Shown here: one piece after another, positions 18,298-28,467 of the stretch | Layout of the letters: each line of letters begins with the position of its first letter | Position numbering within the stretch: position 1 is the stretch's first letter | Assembly (NCBI GenBank): GCA_948857205.1 | Contig: CAQPRV010000013.1 | Location: 1 to 60,725 of the forward strand | Source of the DNA: an uncultured Clostridia bacterium | GTDB lineage: Bacteria; Bacillota; Clostridia; TANB77; CAG-508 | Length of the DNA stretch: 60,725 bases | Direction: 5' to 3' | The notes under the pieces: generated by a model | What the model was told of the DNA's origin: nothing | What the model saw: the letters and a program-made list of their open reading frames with translations, nothing else | The model's database searches: none | Made by a program: the position numbers and the translations under genes

Positions 18298-20176
18298 AAT
18301 TTACCTTTTCTTGTTTTATATCATATTGATCTGAATCTAATTTTAAATTTATATTATAATATGGGTCGCCCATTTTTTTGTAATCTCCCCACTTTTCATA
18401 GAACAAATCAATTTCCCCCTGAAATCTCTTTTGTTTTTCTGGAGTATCCTCAGCACCTCTTGATTTTGATTCATAATGTATCAATTCTACAAATGGATTA
18501 TATATAATCAATTTACCAGCTTTAATTATTTTTAAACAAAAGTCAATATCATTAAATGCAACTGCAAAATCTTCATTCATATAATCAACTTCTTCATAAA
18601 CAGATCTTTTTGCCATCATACAAGCAGCAGTAACAGCACTTAAGTTTTGAATATGACTTTCTCTTGCAAAATAGCCATGTGCAGTTTTATACAAACCTTT
18701 AAATACATGTCCTGCAACACCATATACACCAATTATTGCACCAGCATGTTGTATTGTTTCATCTGGGTAATACATTTTTACTCCAACTGCTCCTACATCT
18801 TCTCTTTGAGCCATACCTAACATTTTTTCTAACCAATCTGGAGTTATTAATTCTGTATCATTATTTAACTGCACAATATATTCTCCATCTGTATTTTTAA
18901 CTCCAAAATTAATTATTCTAGCATAATTATATCCTTTTTCTGGATAATATATAACTTTAACCTTATCTTGTTTTTCTACTTCTTTATAATAATCAAATAT
19001 TGATTTTTCTGTACTATTGTTTTCAATAATTACAATTTCATAATTTTGATAAGTTGTCAATTTCAAAACTGAATCTACACAAGTTTTTAAGGTTTTTGCT
19101 TCATTATAATTAGGAATTAAGATAGTAACTTTAGGATTTCCTTTAACTTTATAGTCTATCTTATAAGTACCAAGAGTTACGCCGTGTGATACTTCTCCTT
19201 CTAGCCCAACTCTTTTTAAGTGATCTTGTAATACTGTTATTCCTGCTTCAAAGGCATATGGTTTTGCATTTCCTCCTGCTTGTGCAGTAGATAATTTATG
19301 AACTCTCCAATGATACAATACTTTTGGTATATGTTTTATATTTTTTGCAATTTCTGCCATTCTAATAATTATATCATAATCTTGTGCACCATCGTATTTA
19401 CTTCTTTCTCCTCCTAATTTTTCCATTAAATCTTTTCTAAATACACTAAAATGACAAATATAGTTATTTGACCTTAAAGTATCAATTGCAAAATCTGGTT
19501 TAAAGTGTGGATCAAATCTTGGTTTATCTAGGGTTGTTATTTTGTCTTCATCTGTATAAATAAACTCAATTGTAGGCTCTTCATTAATTGCTTTAACTAC
19601 TTCATATAAGCAATTTACAGGTAATAAATCATCATGATCTAAAAGTGCAATATAATCACCTGTTGCATTTTTTAGAGCTTCATTTGTATTTCCAGCAATT
19701 CCTAAATTTTTTCCTGTATAATTGTATTTAATTCTTTCATCTCTTTTACTAATTTCTTCTATTTCTTTATTTTTCTCTGGACTACCGTCCTCTAAGCAAA
19801 GTTCCCAATTAGAATAGGTTTGATCAATTAAGTATTGTACTAATTCCTCAAAAAAATTTATAGGTGTATTATACATTGGAACTAATATACTAATTTTAGG
19901 AGATAACTTAAATTTTGTTTTACGTTGTTGTTCAAGTTCTTCTTCAGTTGGATCATTAAATTGCATCCACACTTGATATGGTGTAATAGCTGTTCCATTT
20001 CTTACCTTGTTTGTTAAGGTTTTAAAAGTCTTTTTCCACCCATTATTTTTTATTGACTTAATAAACTTCTTTATATTTTTAGGACTAAATCCATGTATAA
20101 ATAAGTTTATTCTTCTTAAAATTATTCGTGTTTTTCCACCTTCTGGAAAAAGTTTATCTCTTAATCTAACGCTCAT
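18290..20176 (-). CDS. Two-domain GT2 glycosyltransferase
   Basis: Two GT2 modules (ISILVPMYNTP...LDHDD and VTILIPNYNEAK...QLNNDTE). Confidence 0.8.
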   Translation of the reverse strand: MSVRLRDKLFPEGGKTRIILRRINLFIHGFSPKNIKKFIKSIKNNGWKKTFKTLTNKVRNGTAITPYQVWMQFNDPTEEELEQQRKTKFKLSPKISILVPMYNTPINFFEELVQYLIDQTYSNWELCLEDGSPEKNKEIEEISKRDERIKYNYTGKNLGIAGNTNEALKNATGDYIALLDHDDLLPVNCLYEVVKAINEEPTIEFIYTDEDKITTLDKPRFDPHFKPDFAIDTLRSNNYICHFSVFRKDLMEKLGGERSKYDGAQDYDIIIRMAEIAKNIKHIPKVLYHWRVHKLSTAQAGGNAKPYAFEAGITVLQDHLKRVGLEGEVSHGVTLGTYKIDYKVKGNPKVTILIPNYNEAKTLKTCVDSVLKLTTYQNYEIVIIENNSTEKSIFDYYKEVEKQDKVKVIYYPEKGYNYARIINFGVKNTDGEYIVQLNNDTELITPDWLEKMLGMAQREDVGAVGVKMYYPDETIQHAGAIIGVYGVAGHVFKGLYKTAHGYFARESHIQNLSAVTAACMMAKRSVYEEVDYMNEDFAVAFNDIDFCLKIIKAGKLIIYNPFVELIHYESKSRGAEDTPEKQKRFQGEIDLFYEKWGDYKKMGDPYYNINLKLDSDQYDIKQEKVNCH

Positions 20177-20215
20177 TTTCTTCTTCCCTTCTCTAGTTAA
20201 TTAATTTCTACTTAT

Positions 20216-21943
20216 TTAGCTTTTACTTCCTAATTTTCCAAAATTTCTTAAAGGTTGTGTTATTTTCCAAGACTTTGATTCACATATTTCTTGTATTTGC
20301 TTTTTTAAGTCTTGAATCGCTTTATCTTTTTCAGCTATACTTTTATTTTTATCATTGAGCTCTATATTTAATAAATTAATATTATGTTGCATAGTTAATT
20401 TTTCTCTTTTTAATTCTAACAAAGTTTTTCCTTGAGTATTTAATTTCCAAATAGTCTCATCTCTTATTTCTTCTTGTAATTTATTATCTAATTCATCAAA
20501 TAAGGTTATATGATCTTTTTTTATCCCCATTATTTCATATAACTCTTTATCTGCAATATATTTTTTAATCCTATCAAAATATTTTATTGCTCTATAAAAA
20601 ATAAATTCGATAGGAATATTTTTTTCTTTCCATTCTTGATCATAAAAATAAAATTCCTTATTAATATAAAAACAATTTTGGAAGATTAAATCCCATAAGC
20701 CATCTTGTATCCAAGTCATATCTTGTATATTGTAATTATCATAAGCTATTTTATATTTATCAAATACATTTTTTTGTTCAGTTGATTTTTCTAACTTATC
20801 TAATAATTCTTGTTTCCATCTTTTTATTATTTGTATTGCTTCTTCCTTGTTATTATCTTTCATTAAACTTATTAATACTTTGTCTATGGTTAAACTTTCT
20901 GTATATTTACTTATTATTTGTTGATTTTTATAAGTATCAAGCGAATTTAAATTAGACTTTTTTAAAATTTCAAGATTTTCTTTAATATTCTCAAGATGCT
21001 CTTTTGCTTCTAAGTTTCCAGCATCTTTATAAACAAAATCTTTTTTCATAACTGTTTGAATTCTATATTTTTGCTTTCTCATATTAGAAAAAGCAATTAA
21101 TCTTATTTCATTTTCTACATATTCTCCTTTGAATATCTCTAATAAAAAAGAATTAGCAAAAATCCTAAAGACATTTTCATCTTCTTCTAGTAATTGTTTA
21201 TATACTTCATTTTGTTCACAAAGTTTTACTGTATCTTCCTCTTTATATACTATATTTCTTGATAAAGTATTTTTAGATAATTTTTTATCTTCTGTAAATA
21301 TTACATTTGTTAATTTGTAATCTGTCATTGGATAATATATTTTAAAATTTGAATATCCAGCTTTGTTTATCTGTTCTTCTAACTGTCTTAAAGTATACAA
21401 TTTTTTATCTACTAAGTTTGTTACATTTCCATCTTTTTCATTATATTTAGAAAAATACTGCATTCCTAATTTGTTATCTGTTGCTAAAAGAATTATTCCA
21501 TCTGGTTTTAAATATTTTTTAACTTCTTCTAAAATTTCTTGTGGATTGTCTGATATATCTTCTATTCCAATTAAGGTTATATAATCAAATTTTTCTTCAA
21601 TTTCATCTATATTAGAAATTATTTTTAAATTTTTCTTTGTTTTATTTCTATTTAATATTGCATCTCTTTTTTCTTTTGACGTTTCTATTGTAACAACTTT
21701 ACTTAATTTTTCACATAATACTTGTGTTATTTCTCCAAAATTTGCTCCTATTTCTAACACAGATGAATTTTCTTTAAAGGGATACCACTTTATAATATTT
21801 TTTCTTATATCTGATAGAGCAAGTATAGTTTCTATTTTATTATCCTCTTTTATTATATTTTCATATTTTTGTTCTTCGCTATTTTTAAGGTATTCAATTA
21901 TTTTAGCATCTTTAATACTAATTTCTTTTTCTTTTAATTTCAA
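20216..21943 (-). CDS. Class I SAM-dependent methyltransferase with long C-terminal region and coiled coil (candidate WbdD-like chain terminator)
   Basis: SAM-binding motif VLEIGANFGEIT near the N-terminus. C-terminal heptad-rich segment ending in SKSWKITQPLRNF. Confidence 0.65.
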   Translation of the reverse strand: MKLKEKEISIKDAKIIEYLKNSEEQKYENIIKEDNKIETILALSDIRKNIIKWYPFKENSSVLEIGANFGEITQVLCEKLSKVVTIETSKEKRDAILNRNKTKKNLKIISNIDEIEEKFDYITLIGIEDISDNPQEILEEVKKYLKPDGIILLATDNKLGMQYFSKYNEKDGNVTNLVDKKLYTLRQLEEQINKAGYSNFKIYYPMTDYKLTNVIFTEDKKLSKNTLSRNIVYKEEDTVKLCEQNEVYKQLLEEDENVFRIFANSFLLEIFKGEYVENEIRLIAFSNMRKQKYRIQTVMKKDFVYKDAGNLEAKEHLENIKENLEILKKSNLNSLDTYKNQQIISKYTESLTIDKVLISLMKDNNKEEAIQIIKRWKQELLDKLEKSTEQKNVFDKYKIAYDNYNIQDMTWIQDGLWDLIFQNCFYINKEFYFYDQEWKEKNIPIEFIFYRAIKYFDRIKKYIADKELYEIMGIKKDHITLFDELDNKLQEEIRDETIWKLNTQGKTLLELKREKLTMQHNINLLNIELNDKNKSIAEKDKAIQDLKKQIQEICESKSWKITQPLRNFGKLGSKS

Positions 21944-21975
21944 AACTTATCCCCCCTATCTTTTATAACTTCTAT

Positions 21976-23118
21976 TTATTGACTAATTAAAGCTTTAAAA
22001 ATATTAACACTATCTAGTTTTTCCCAAGTACATTCTATTTTGTTATTATCATCTAAAAATCTTCTACCAAAATGTCCACCATTACAGGTATTTGTATAAA
22101 CTGGATTTTTTAGTTGTAATTTATCAATTATCCCTTTAGGTGATAAATCGAATTTATGATAAATTGTATCAATAATTTTACTAACTTCTATTTCATTAGT
22201 ATTTTTACAGTCTACATATATTGAAATTGGTTGTATAACTCCAATAGCATAAGATAGCTGAATTAAACACTCTTTTGCAATTCCAGATGCAACAATATTT
22301 TTTGCTAAATATCTTGCCATATATGCTGCTGACCTGTCAACTTTACTAGGATCTTTTCCTGAAAAAGCTCCTCCTCCATGTGGTGCATATCCTCCATAAG
22401 TATCAACTATAATCTTTCTACCTGTTAAACCTGCATCTCCTTCTGGTCCTCCAATTACAAATTTTCCAGTAGGATTTATTAAAATTTTGAAATCTGTGTT
22501 AAGATTATATTTTTTTGCAATTTTAGTCATTATATTATTTACAATATAATCCTTAAATTCCTTTTCATTATAATTTTCTGTATGTTGTATTGACATTAAC
22601 ATTGTATTAATTCTAGTTGTTTGTCCTTCTAAATATTCTAAAGTTACTTGTGATTTCATATCTGGCATAGCATCTTTAAATTCCCCTGTTTGACGCAATT
22701 TTGTTGCTAGTTTTACTAAGTCATGTGACATAGTTATTGCTAAAGGCATATATTCTGGTGTTTCGCTATTTGCATATCCAAACATAATTCCTTGGTCTCC
22801 TGCTCCACCTATATCCACACCTTGTGCAATATCTGGGGATTGTTTACTAAGTAAATTTAATACTTTTGGTATATAAGTATAACCTATCTTTTTTATAGTA
22901 CTTTTAACTATTTGTTCTACGTCTATTTTTGCCTTTGTTGTAATTTCTCCTGCTAATATTACCTTATCATCTTTTGCCATTGTTTCACAAGCTACTCTTG
23001 AATTTTCATCTTGTTCTAAACATGCATCTAAAATACTATCTGATATCATATCACATACATGGTCAGGATGACCAATTGATACCGCTTCTGATGTAAATAA
23101 ATTTTTTATTTTTTCCAT
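21976..23118 (-). CDS. metK: S-adenosylmethionine synthetase
   Basis: Full-length match to the MetK pattern (TSEAVSIGHPDHVCDMISDSILDACL, GAGDQGIMFGYA, DAGLTGRKIIVDTYGG, GGGAFSGKDPSKVDRSAAY). Confidence 0.9.
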   Translation of the reverse strand: MEKIKNLFTSEAVSIGHPDHVCDMISDSILDACLEQDENSRVACETMAKDDKVILAGEITTKAKIDVEQIVKSTIKKIGYTYIPKVLNLLSKQSPDIAQGVDIGGAGDQGIMFGYANSETPEYMPLAITMSHDLVKLATKLRQTGEFKDAMPDMKSQVTLEYLEGQTTRINTMLMSIQHTENYNEKEFKDYIVNNIMTKIAKKYNLNTDFKILINPTGKFVIGGPEGDAGLTGRKIIVDTYGGYAPHGGGAFSGKDPSKVDRSAAYMARYLAKNIVASGIAKECLIQLSYAIGVIQPISIYVDCKNTNEIEVSKIIDTIYHKFDLSPKGIIDKLQLKNPVYTNTCNGGHFGRRFLDDNNKIECTWEKLDSVNIFKALISQ

Positions 23119-23122
23119 TTTA

Positions 23123-24331
23123 TTACTTCCTTTTATGCTTTGTTCTAAAATTTCTAATTGGTTCTGTTATTCTCCAAGATTTGGAGTTAACTATCCTTTG
23201 TAACTCTTCTGTTAGTACGTCTTTTTCTTTTTGTAAATTTTCGATTAATTCTTCTTTTTCAATTTGTTCAATTCCTAAAATTCTATCAAATTTCTTAGCA
23301 TTTTCTTTATTAAATAAAACAGACTTATCAATAGGAATTGTAATACAGTAACCTTTTTTAAATAGCCAATTGTTTAAAATTTGTATCAACTTTTCATCAT
23401 CTTTAAAGTCTAGGCTTGGTCTCATTTTGTTAAGTTTATTTTTATAATCTTCCGAAAAAGTTGGCTTATGCAAGATTGCATGATATAAAAGAGTATAAAA
23501 ATATTCTTCCTCTGAAACTGTATAAAAACCTTTACTATTATAAATTCTATTCTCTAATAGGGCTTTTTCTAAATTATAATAATAATAGTTATCACCTATA
23601 TATCTTAAATCAAAAAAGGCTATTTTATCTTCTACTTTTACTTTATAATGGATTCTGTATTCTTCTGGAAATACCTTTTCTGCATTTAATATATAAGCAG
23701 CATTTTCATAAGAATCACAAATAAGATCAATATCATTATGTTCATTAGTATATATTTCCTCTGGTAAGGTTTCGTAATTTCTAAGTACTGCGTAATCTAT
23801 GCAATTATTTAAAACATAGAACATTTCTTTTACTGTTTTAAAGCCATCTGTTCCAATTAAATCTTGTTTTAAATTAACTATTGACTCTTCTTTTCCTTCC
23901 ACTTCTTTTAAAAAGTCTTTTAAAGATTTTCCTAATAATAAGGTTAAGTCATGGTTTGTTTCTTTTTCTGAATTAGTAGCATGTACTTTATGACCACCCC
24001 CTGTTAGTTCTCTGTAGTAAGTCTTTTTATCAAACACGTTTATATTAACTGTTTGAATTCCTTTACTTAATGTATCTCTCTGTTCATATTTTGGATTTTC
24101 TACTTCTACTATTATTAACAAAAAGTCTCCATTACCACAATGTTGCTCTTTTCCTGAATTTTTTGGAAGGTTTGTTCCATAAAATCTTGATAAATTTTTT
24201 GAGAATATTTCTTTATTCCATGTAATATTATATTTTCCTATAATATTAAACGATTTTTTTATGTCTTCTAATATTTCTTTTTCTTTGTATCGTGCATTTT
24301 CCCATAAAATAAATAAATGTGTTTCTTTCAT
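23123..24331 (-). CDS. Hypothetical protein with C-terminal coiled coil (possible nucleotidyltransferase or kinase-like partner of the methyltransferase)
   Basis: 402 aa. Contains VLRNYETLPEE...HNDIDLICDS, and a C-terminal coiled coil ending in SKSWRITEPIRNF, the same motif as the 20216-21943 protein. The functional call is speculative. Confidence 0.35.
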   Translation of the reverse strand: MKETHLFILWENARYKEKEILEDIKKSFNIIGKYNITWNKEIFSKNLSRFYGTNLPKNSGKEQHCGNGDFLLIIVEVENPKYEQRDTLSKGIQTVNINVFDKKTYYRELTGGGHKVHATNSEKETNHDLTLLLGKSLKDFLKEVEGKEESIVNLKQDLIGTDGFKTVKEMFYVLNNCIDYAVLRNYETLPEEIYTNEHNDIDLICDSYENAAYILNAEKVFPEEYRIHYKVKVEDKIAFFDLRYIGDNYYYYNLEKALLENRIYNSKGFYTVSEEEYFYTLLYHAILHKPTFSEDYKNKLNKMRPSLDFKDDEKLIQILNNWLFKKGYCITIPIDKSVLFNKENAKKFDRILGIEQIEKEELIENLQKEKDVLTEELQRIVNSKSWRITEPIRNFRTKHKRK

Positions 24332-24453
24332 GTTTAATCTCCTTCCTTAAATTACAAATTTGATATTAAGCTAGGTAAAATTTATTAGACATATGAGAAT
24401 ACCTTGATTAAATTAAAATCGAATTAGCCTCTTCTCCAATGACCAACTTATAC

Positions 24454-25794
24454 CTACTCATCTATTTTTGTTACATATGCTTCTGTATCTAAATTATAAT
24501 ATCCGACAAATCTTTTACTAGACATTACTTCAAATATTATTAAGTCATAATTTCTATTTAAAACAACAATTTCTCCATTAAAGTCATATCTACTACAACT
24601 TAAGGATAAGGTATATTTCCCTGGGGCTAATTGAAATCTTTGTTTAAATTCACAGATGTAAGTTTCACCTTTTTTGCAATTTCCTGTATAGTAATTTAAG
24701 AAGTTAGTGTTTGTTCCACAAATTTCCTTTCCATTAAAATCTTTTATTGTCATAGAAAAGGTAGGACATTCCACGTCTTCGTTGAATTTTGCTTTTAATT
24801 TTACTATTATTTCTTCTTGACTATCTATTATACTTGTTGGTTCTCCTTTTGTATTAAATATACCGAAATCTATAATTTCTGCTTCTCCATTACCATATTT
24901 TATAACATCTGGATTTATTGTAAAATATTTTTTCCATTCTACACCATCGTCATTTACACCTAAAATTGCATCTGATTTTTCTTCTTGTTCCTTTGACTTT
25001 TCTGAATCCAAATCTTGCTCTTTTAACATTCCAGTAATTAGTTTTTTATAGTTTTCTACTCCATCTTTTACTCCACCATCAAAGATCTTCTTTCCATCAT
25101 TTAATATTATTGTTCTATTACAGTTGTTTAAAATATCATTTATACTATGTGTAACAAATATAATTGTTTTGTCTTTCTTTTTTAATTGTTCGAATTTTTT
25201 GAAACATTTTAATTGAAAAGCCATGTCTCCTACTGATAATACTTCATCTACAATTAATATGTCTGGATCTACATTTATTGCACATGCAAAGGCTAATCTT
25301 GCAAACATACCTGATGAATAGGTTTTTACTGGTTGATATATATGGTCTCCTATATCTGCAAATTTAATAATTTCTGGTTTTCTTTTTTCGATTTCTTCTC
25401 TTGTTAAGCCCATTACTTGTCCATGTTGATATATATTTTCTATTCCTGTTAAATCCATATTAAAGGCTGCACCTAACTCTAGTAAGGAACTTATTTTTCC
25501 GTTTATTTCCATTGTTCCACTACTTGGTGTTACAACTCCTGTAATCATTTTTAACAAAGTGGATTTACCTGCACCATTTTTTCCTAATATTCCTAATACT
25601 TCACCTTTACGTATTTCTAAAGAAAAATCATCTAAAGCTTTAAATACTTGATGTCTATTTAGGTTAGGAGCTAGTGTTTCAATTAATCTATCTTTTTTTC
25701 TAGCAAACATTTTATAGTTTTTACAAAGTTTATCAATTTTTACAACAATTTCTTTTTTGTTTTCTTGTTCTTCTTTTTCTTGTTTTGCTTCCAA
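24454..25794 (-). CDS. Polysaccharide/teichoic-acid export ABC transporter ATP-binding protein (Wzt/TagH-like) with extra C-terminal domain of about 190 aa
   Basis: Walker A GKNGAGKST, signature YSSGMFARLAFA, Walker B ILIVDE. The C-terminal beta-rich extension matches the architecture of a Wzt carbohydrate-binding domain. Confidence 0.85.
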   Translation of the reverse strand: MEAKQEKEEQENKKEIVVKIDKLCKNYKMFARKKDRLIETLAPNLNRHQVFKALDDFSLEIRKGEVLGILGKNGAGKSTLLKMITGVVTPSSGTMEINGKISSLLELGAAFNMDLTGIENIYQHGQVMGLTREEIEKRKPEIIKFADIGDHIYQPVKTYSSGMFARLAFACAINVDPDILIVDEVLSVGDMAFQLKCFKKFEQLKKKDKTIIFVTHSINDILNNCNRTIILNDGKKIFDGGVKDGVENYKKLITGMLKEQDLDSEKSKEQEEKSDAILGVNDDGVEWKKYFTINPDVIKYGNGEAEIIDFGIFNTKGEPTSIIDSQEEIIVKLKAKFNEDVECPTFSMTIKDFNGKEICGTNTNFLNYYTGNCKKGETYICEFKQRFQLAPGKYTLSLSCSRYDFNGEIVVLNRNYDLIIFEVMSSKRFVGYYNLDTEAYVTKIDE

Positions 25795-25813
25795 TTTGTC
25801 TCTCCTTTCAGTA

Positions 25814-26809
25814 TTATCTTTTTCCTAATATTTTTAAAATTAAATGTCTTATTTTAAATATTCCTTTTCCTATAAAAGGCATATTCATAATTATAAAGTT
25901 TTCTATATAAAACATAAAGGTTTCAGTTTTATATAGTTCATGAAATACTTTCCAACCTTTGAAATTGAAGTTTTTCTTTTGCTCTAGCATTTTAAAATAT
26001 TCTAAAGCTTTTTTATTTAGTTGTTGCAAGTTTTCAGGAAATTTTTCCTTATTTGCTACATAAGTTTGAAATACACCTAATTTTATTTCTAGAAAAAGTT
26101 TTCTTACTTGTTCTAATTTAGTAAATTTGTGTGATCTTCTTTCTGTTCCTATTTGATTATTTCCATGTTGTCTATATTTTATATAGGTTTCTGGTACATA
26201 TGCTAATTTTCCATTAACTCCTGCCATTATCCCCATCCAATGGTCATGTGGAACATATTCAGAGTTGTTTGGAAAAGGTAACATTTTTGATATCATTTCT
26301 TTTTTACATAGTGTTGTACAACCTGTTACACTATTGTATAAATAATTTACTTTATAACTATTTATATATTTTTTTATTCTTCTATTTAATAACATGAAAT
26401 CTCCAAAGGATGAATGTATTGTGTTTAAATTTTCATCAACTACTTCTAAGTCTCCAAATACTAAGTCTGCATCTTCTTCCTTTAATTTTTCATAGGTTCT
26501 TTCTATTTTTTCTGGTTGCCATACATCATCTTGGTCTGATAACATAAATAATGTGCTTTTTACTTGTTTTACTAAATATTCAAAATTTTTTATATAGCCC
26601 TGATTTTCTTTTTGATAGTGTACTTCTACTCTTTCATCTTCTTCATATTTTTTTAGTATTTCTCTTGTTCTGTCTTTTGAACAATCATCTGATATTATTA
26701 TTTTTATGTTTTTATAGGTTTGGTTTAATATGCTATCTAGTTGTTCTTCTAGATATTTTTCGCCATTATAGGTGGCCATTAGTATGTCAATTTGTTCTTT
26801 CATCTTCAT
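25814..26809 (-). CDS. GT2 family glycosyltransferase
   Basis: IDILMATYNGEKYLEEQLDSILNQTY, DDCSKD and DQDD motifs. Confidence 0.8.
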   Translation of the reverse strand: MKMKEQIDILMATYNGEKYLEEQLDSILNQTYKNIKIIISDDCSKDRTREILKKYEEDERVEVHYQKENQGYIKNFEYLVKQVKSTLFMLSDQDDVWQPEKIERTYEKLKEEDADLVFGDLEVVDENLNTIHSSFGDFMLLNRRIKKYINSYKVNYLYNSVTGCTTLCKKEMISKMLPFPNNSEYVPHDHWMGIMAGVNGKLAYVPETYIKYRQHGNNQIGTERRSHKFTKLEQVRKLFLEIKLGVFQTYVANKEKFPENLQQLNKKALEYFKMLEQKKNFNFKGWKVFHELYKTETFMFYIENFIIMNMPFIGKGIFKIRHLILKILGKR

Positions 26810-26850
26810 TCTTTTCCCTTTCTTAAGGTACTAATGTCTTTTTTATAGCT

Positions 26851-27642
26851 TTATAATACATCTGCAAAGTCTTTTTTGCTTTTTTTGAAAATATAATTTC
26901 CCCATATGAACATTATTATTGTTATTATCCAAAATACTATTGTATATATCCAGTTGTTTTCTGTTACTATATTGCTTGATATAAAGCAATCTCTAAAGCC
27001 TGTTACTAAATAGTTAAAGGGTAGACATTTCATTATTGCTAGTATTGTTGGATGATTTTCAAGCATTGATAAGTTCCATACTACTGGTGTGAACCAGAAG
27101 AATAGTTGCATCATTATTCCTAATAGTTGCGAAAAGTCTGGTACTAATGTTGTTAATGCTGATGTAAATCTTGTGAAGGCTATAAAGAATGCGTAGGCTG
27201 ATATTATTATATATATTACTTGTATAAAGTTTGGTATGTAGTTGAATAGTATTCCTACTGCTATTGCTACTATGAATAGAAATAGTGCTACAAAACTACT
27301 TGCTATTATTGATATTATTGGTATTATATCTACTGGAAATACTACTTTTTTTACTAGATAACTGTAAGTTCTTATTGAACTGCTTGCATTTATTATTGTG
27401 TCGTTTATGCACTGCCACATTGCCATTCCAGGTAAAAACCATACTACATATGGATCACTTCCTGCACTTCCTGTTTTTAGTATATATTGGAATACTATTA
27501 CATAGGTTATCATGAATACGAAGGGTTGTAAGAATCCCCATATGCTTCCTAGGCTTGTGTTTGCAAATCTATTTTTAAAGTCGTTTTTTCCTAATGAGAA
27601 GGCTAATTTTTTGTTTTTTATTAATATTTTTATAAATTCCAT
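26851..27642 (-). CDS. Polysaccharide export ABC transporter permease (Wzm/TagG-like, ABC-2 type)
   Basis: 263 aa with six TM segments and an ABC-2 type N-terminus (DFKNRFANTSLGSIWGFLQP). Paired with the Wzt-like ATPase. Confidence 0.85.
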   Translation of the reverse strand: MEFIKILIKNKKLAFSLGKNDFKNRFANTSLGSIWGFLQPFVFMITYVIVFQYILKTGSAGSDPYVVWFLPGMAMWQCINDTIINASSSIRTYSYLVKKVVFPVDIIPIISIIASSFVALFLFIVAIAVGILFNYIPNFIQVIYIIISAYAFFIAFTRFTSALTTLVPDFSQLLGIMMQLFFWFTPVVWNLSMLENHPTILAIMKCLPFNYLVTGFRDCFISSNIVTENNWIYTIVFWIITIIMFIWGNYIFKKSKKDFADVL

Positions 27643-28019
27643 CTTTTTTGCTTTTCATCTCCTGTTTTTTATTACTTTTTTACATGTTATATTCTACCTT
27701 TTATTGCCTTTTTTGTCAATTCTTCTATGGTTTAAGTTTTGATATTTTTATTTCTATTTAAATTTAAAAAGTTATAATATATAATAAAATACAGTGATGC
27801 GTAGTTTGGAAGAACTATATTAATACAGATAAGCGAAATTAACTTTCATTTTTATATAATTTTACTAAACTAATTTATATGATTTGATTGTATTTTATAT
27901 TTTAGTATCTAAAAAGTTATAAATATAGTAAAATTATATTCCTAGCATCTTTTAATAGTAAAATATTTGATTTTGTAACAATTATATTTTAATAATTTTA
28001 ATTTTGTATTTATATATTC

Positions 28020-28055
28020 AAAAAAAATAGAAAGAGATTATAAACTTCTCTTTCC
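28020..28055 (-). terminator. Rho-independent terminator about 400 nt downstream of the glyQS terminator
   Basis: The minus strand reads gaaagag-aagtttataat-ctctttc followed by tattttttt. Confidence 0.5.
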
Positions 28056-28420
28056 ATTCTGACTATTATCTACTCTTCTTTAATCTTTAAATTTAAACAT
28101 CAAAATATTCTCTAATTAATATTATTAATATTCCGATTTGAAAAAACCGGCATATAGCTAAAAACGCCAAATTAATGGCTATTAAAGGTTCTAATAAAAA
28201 TATTAGAACTATTCCTTCAATCCGTTTTTGGGTAGATTTTTCTTTATCTACCCACTTTATGAATAAAGATTAAATTTCTCTATTCTATCTAATTCTCTCT
28301 TACATTAAAATTTTTAAGTATATTTACATGATATTTATTGTAAAAAATAATTAAAGTTATGTAATAATCTTTGAAAATATACCAAAAATTTGTAAACATT
28401 AACGGAAAAATATTTCCATT

Positions 28421-28455
28421 AAATTATAAAAGCATATACTCGTTCAGTATATGCT
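28421..28455 (-). terminator. glyQS terminator hairpin
   Basis: Stem agcatatac / gtatatgct with a 7-nt loop, immediately after the glyQS stop, followed by a T-rich tract on the minus strand. Confidence 0.6.
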
Positions 28456-28467
28456 TCTATTATTTAT

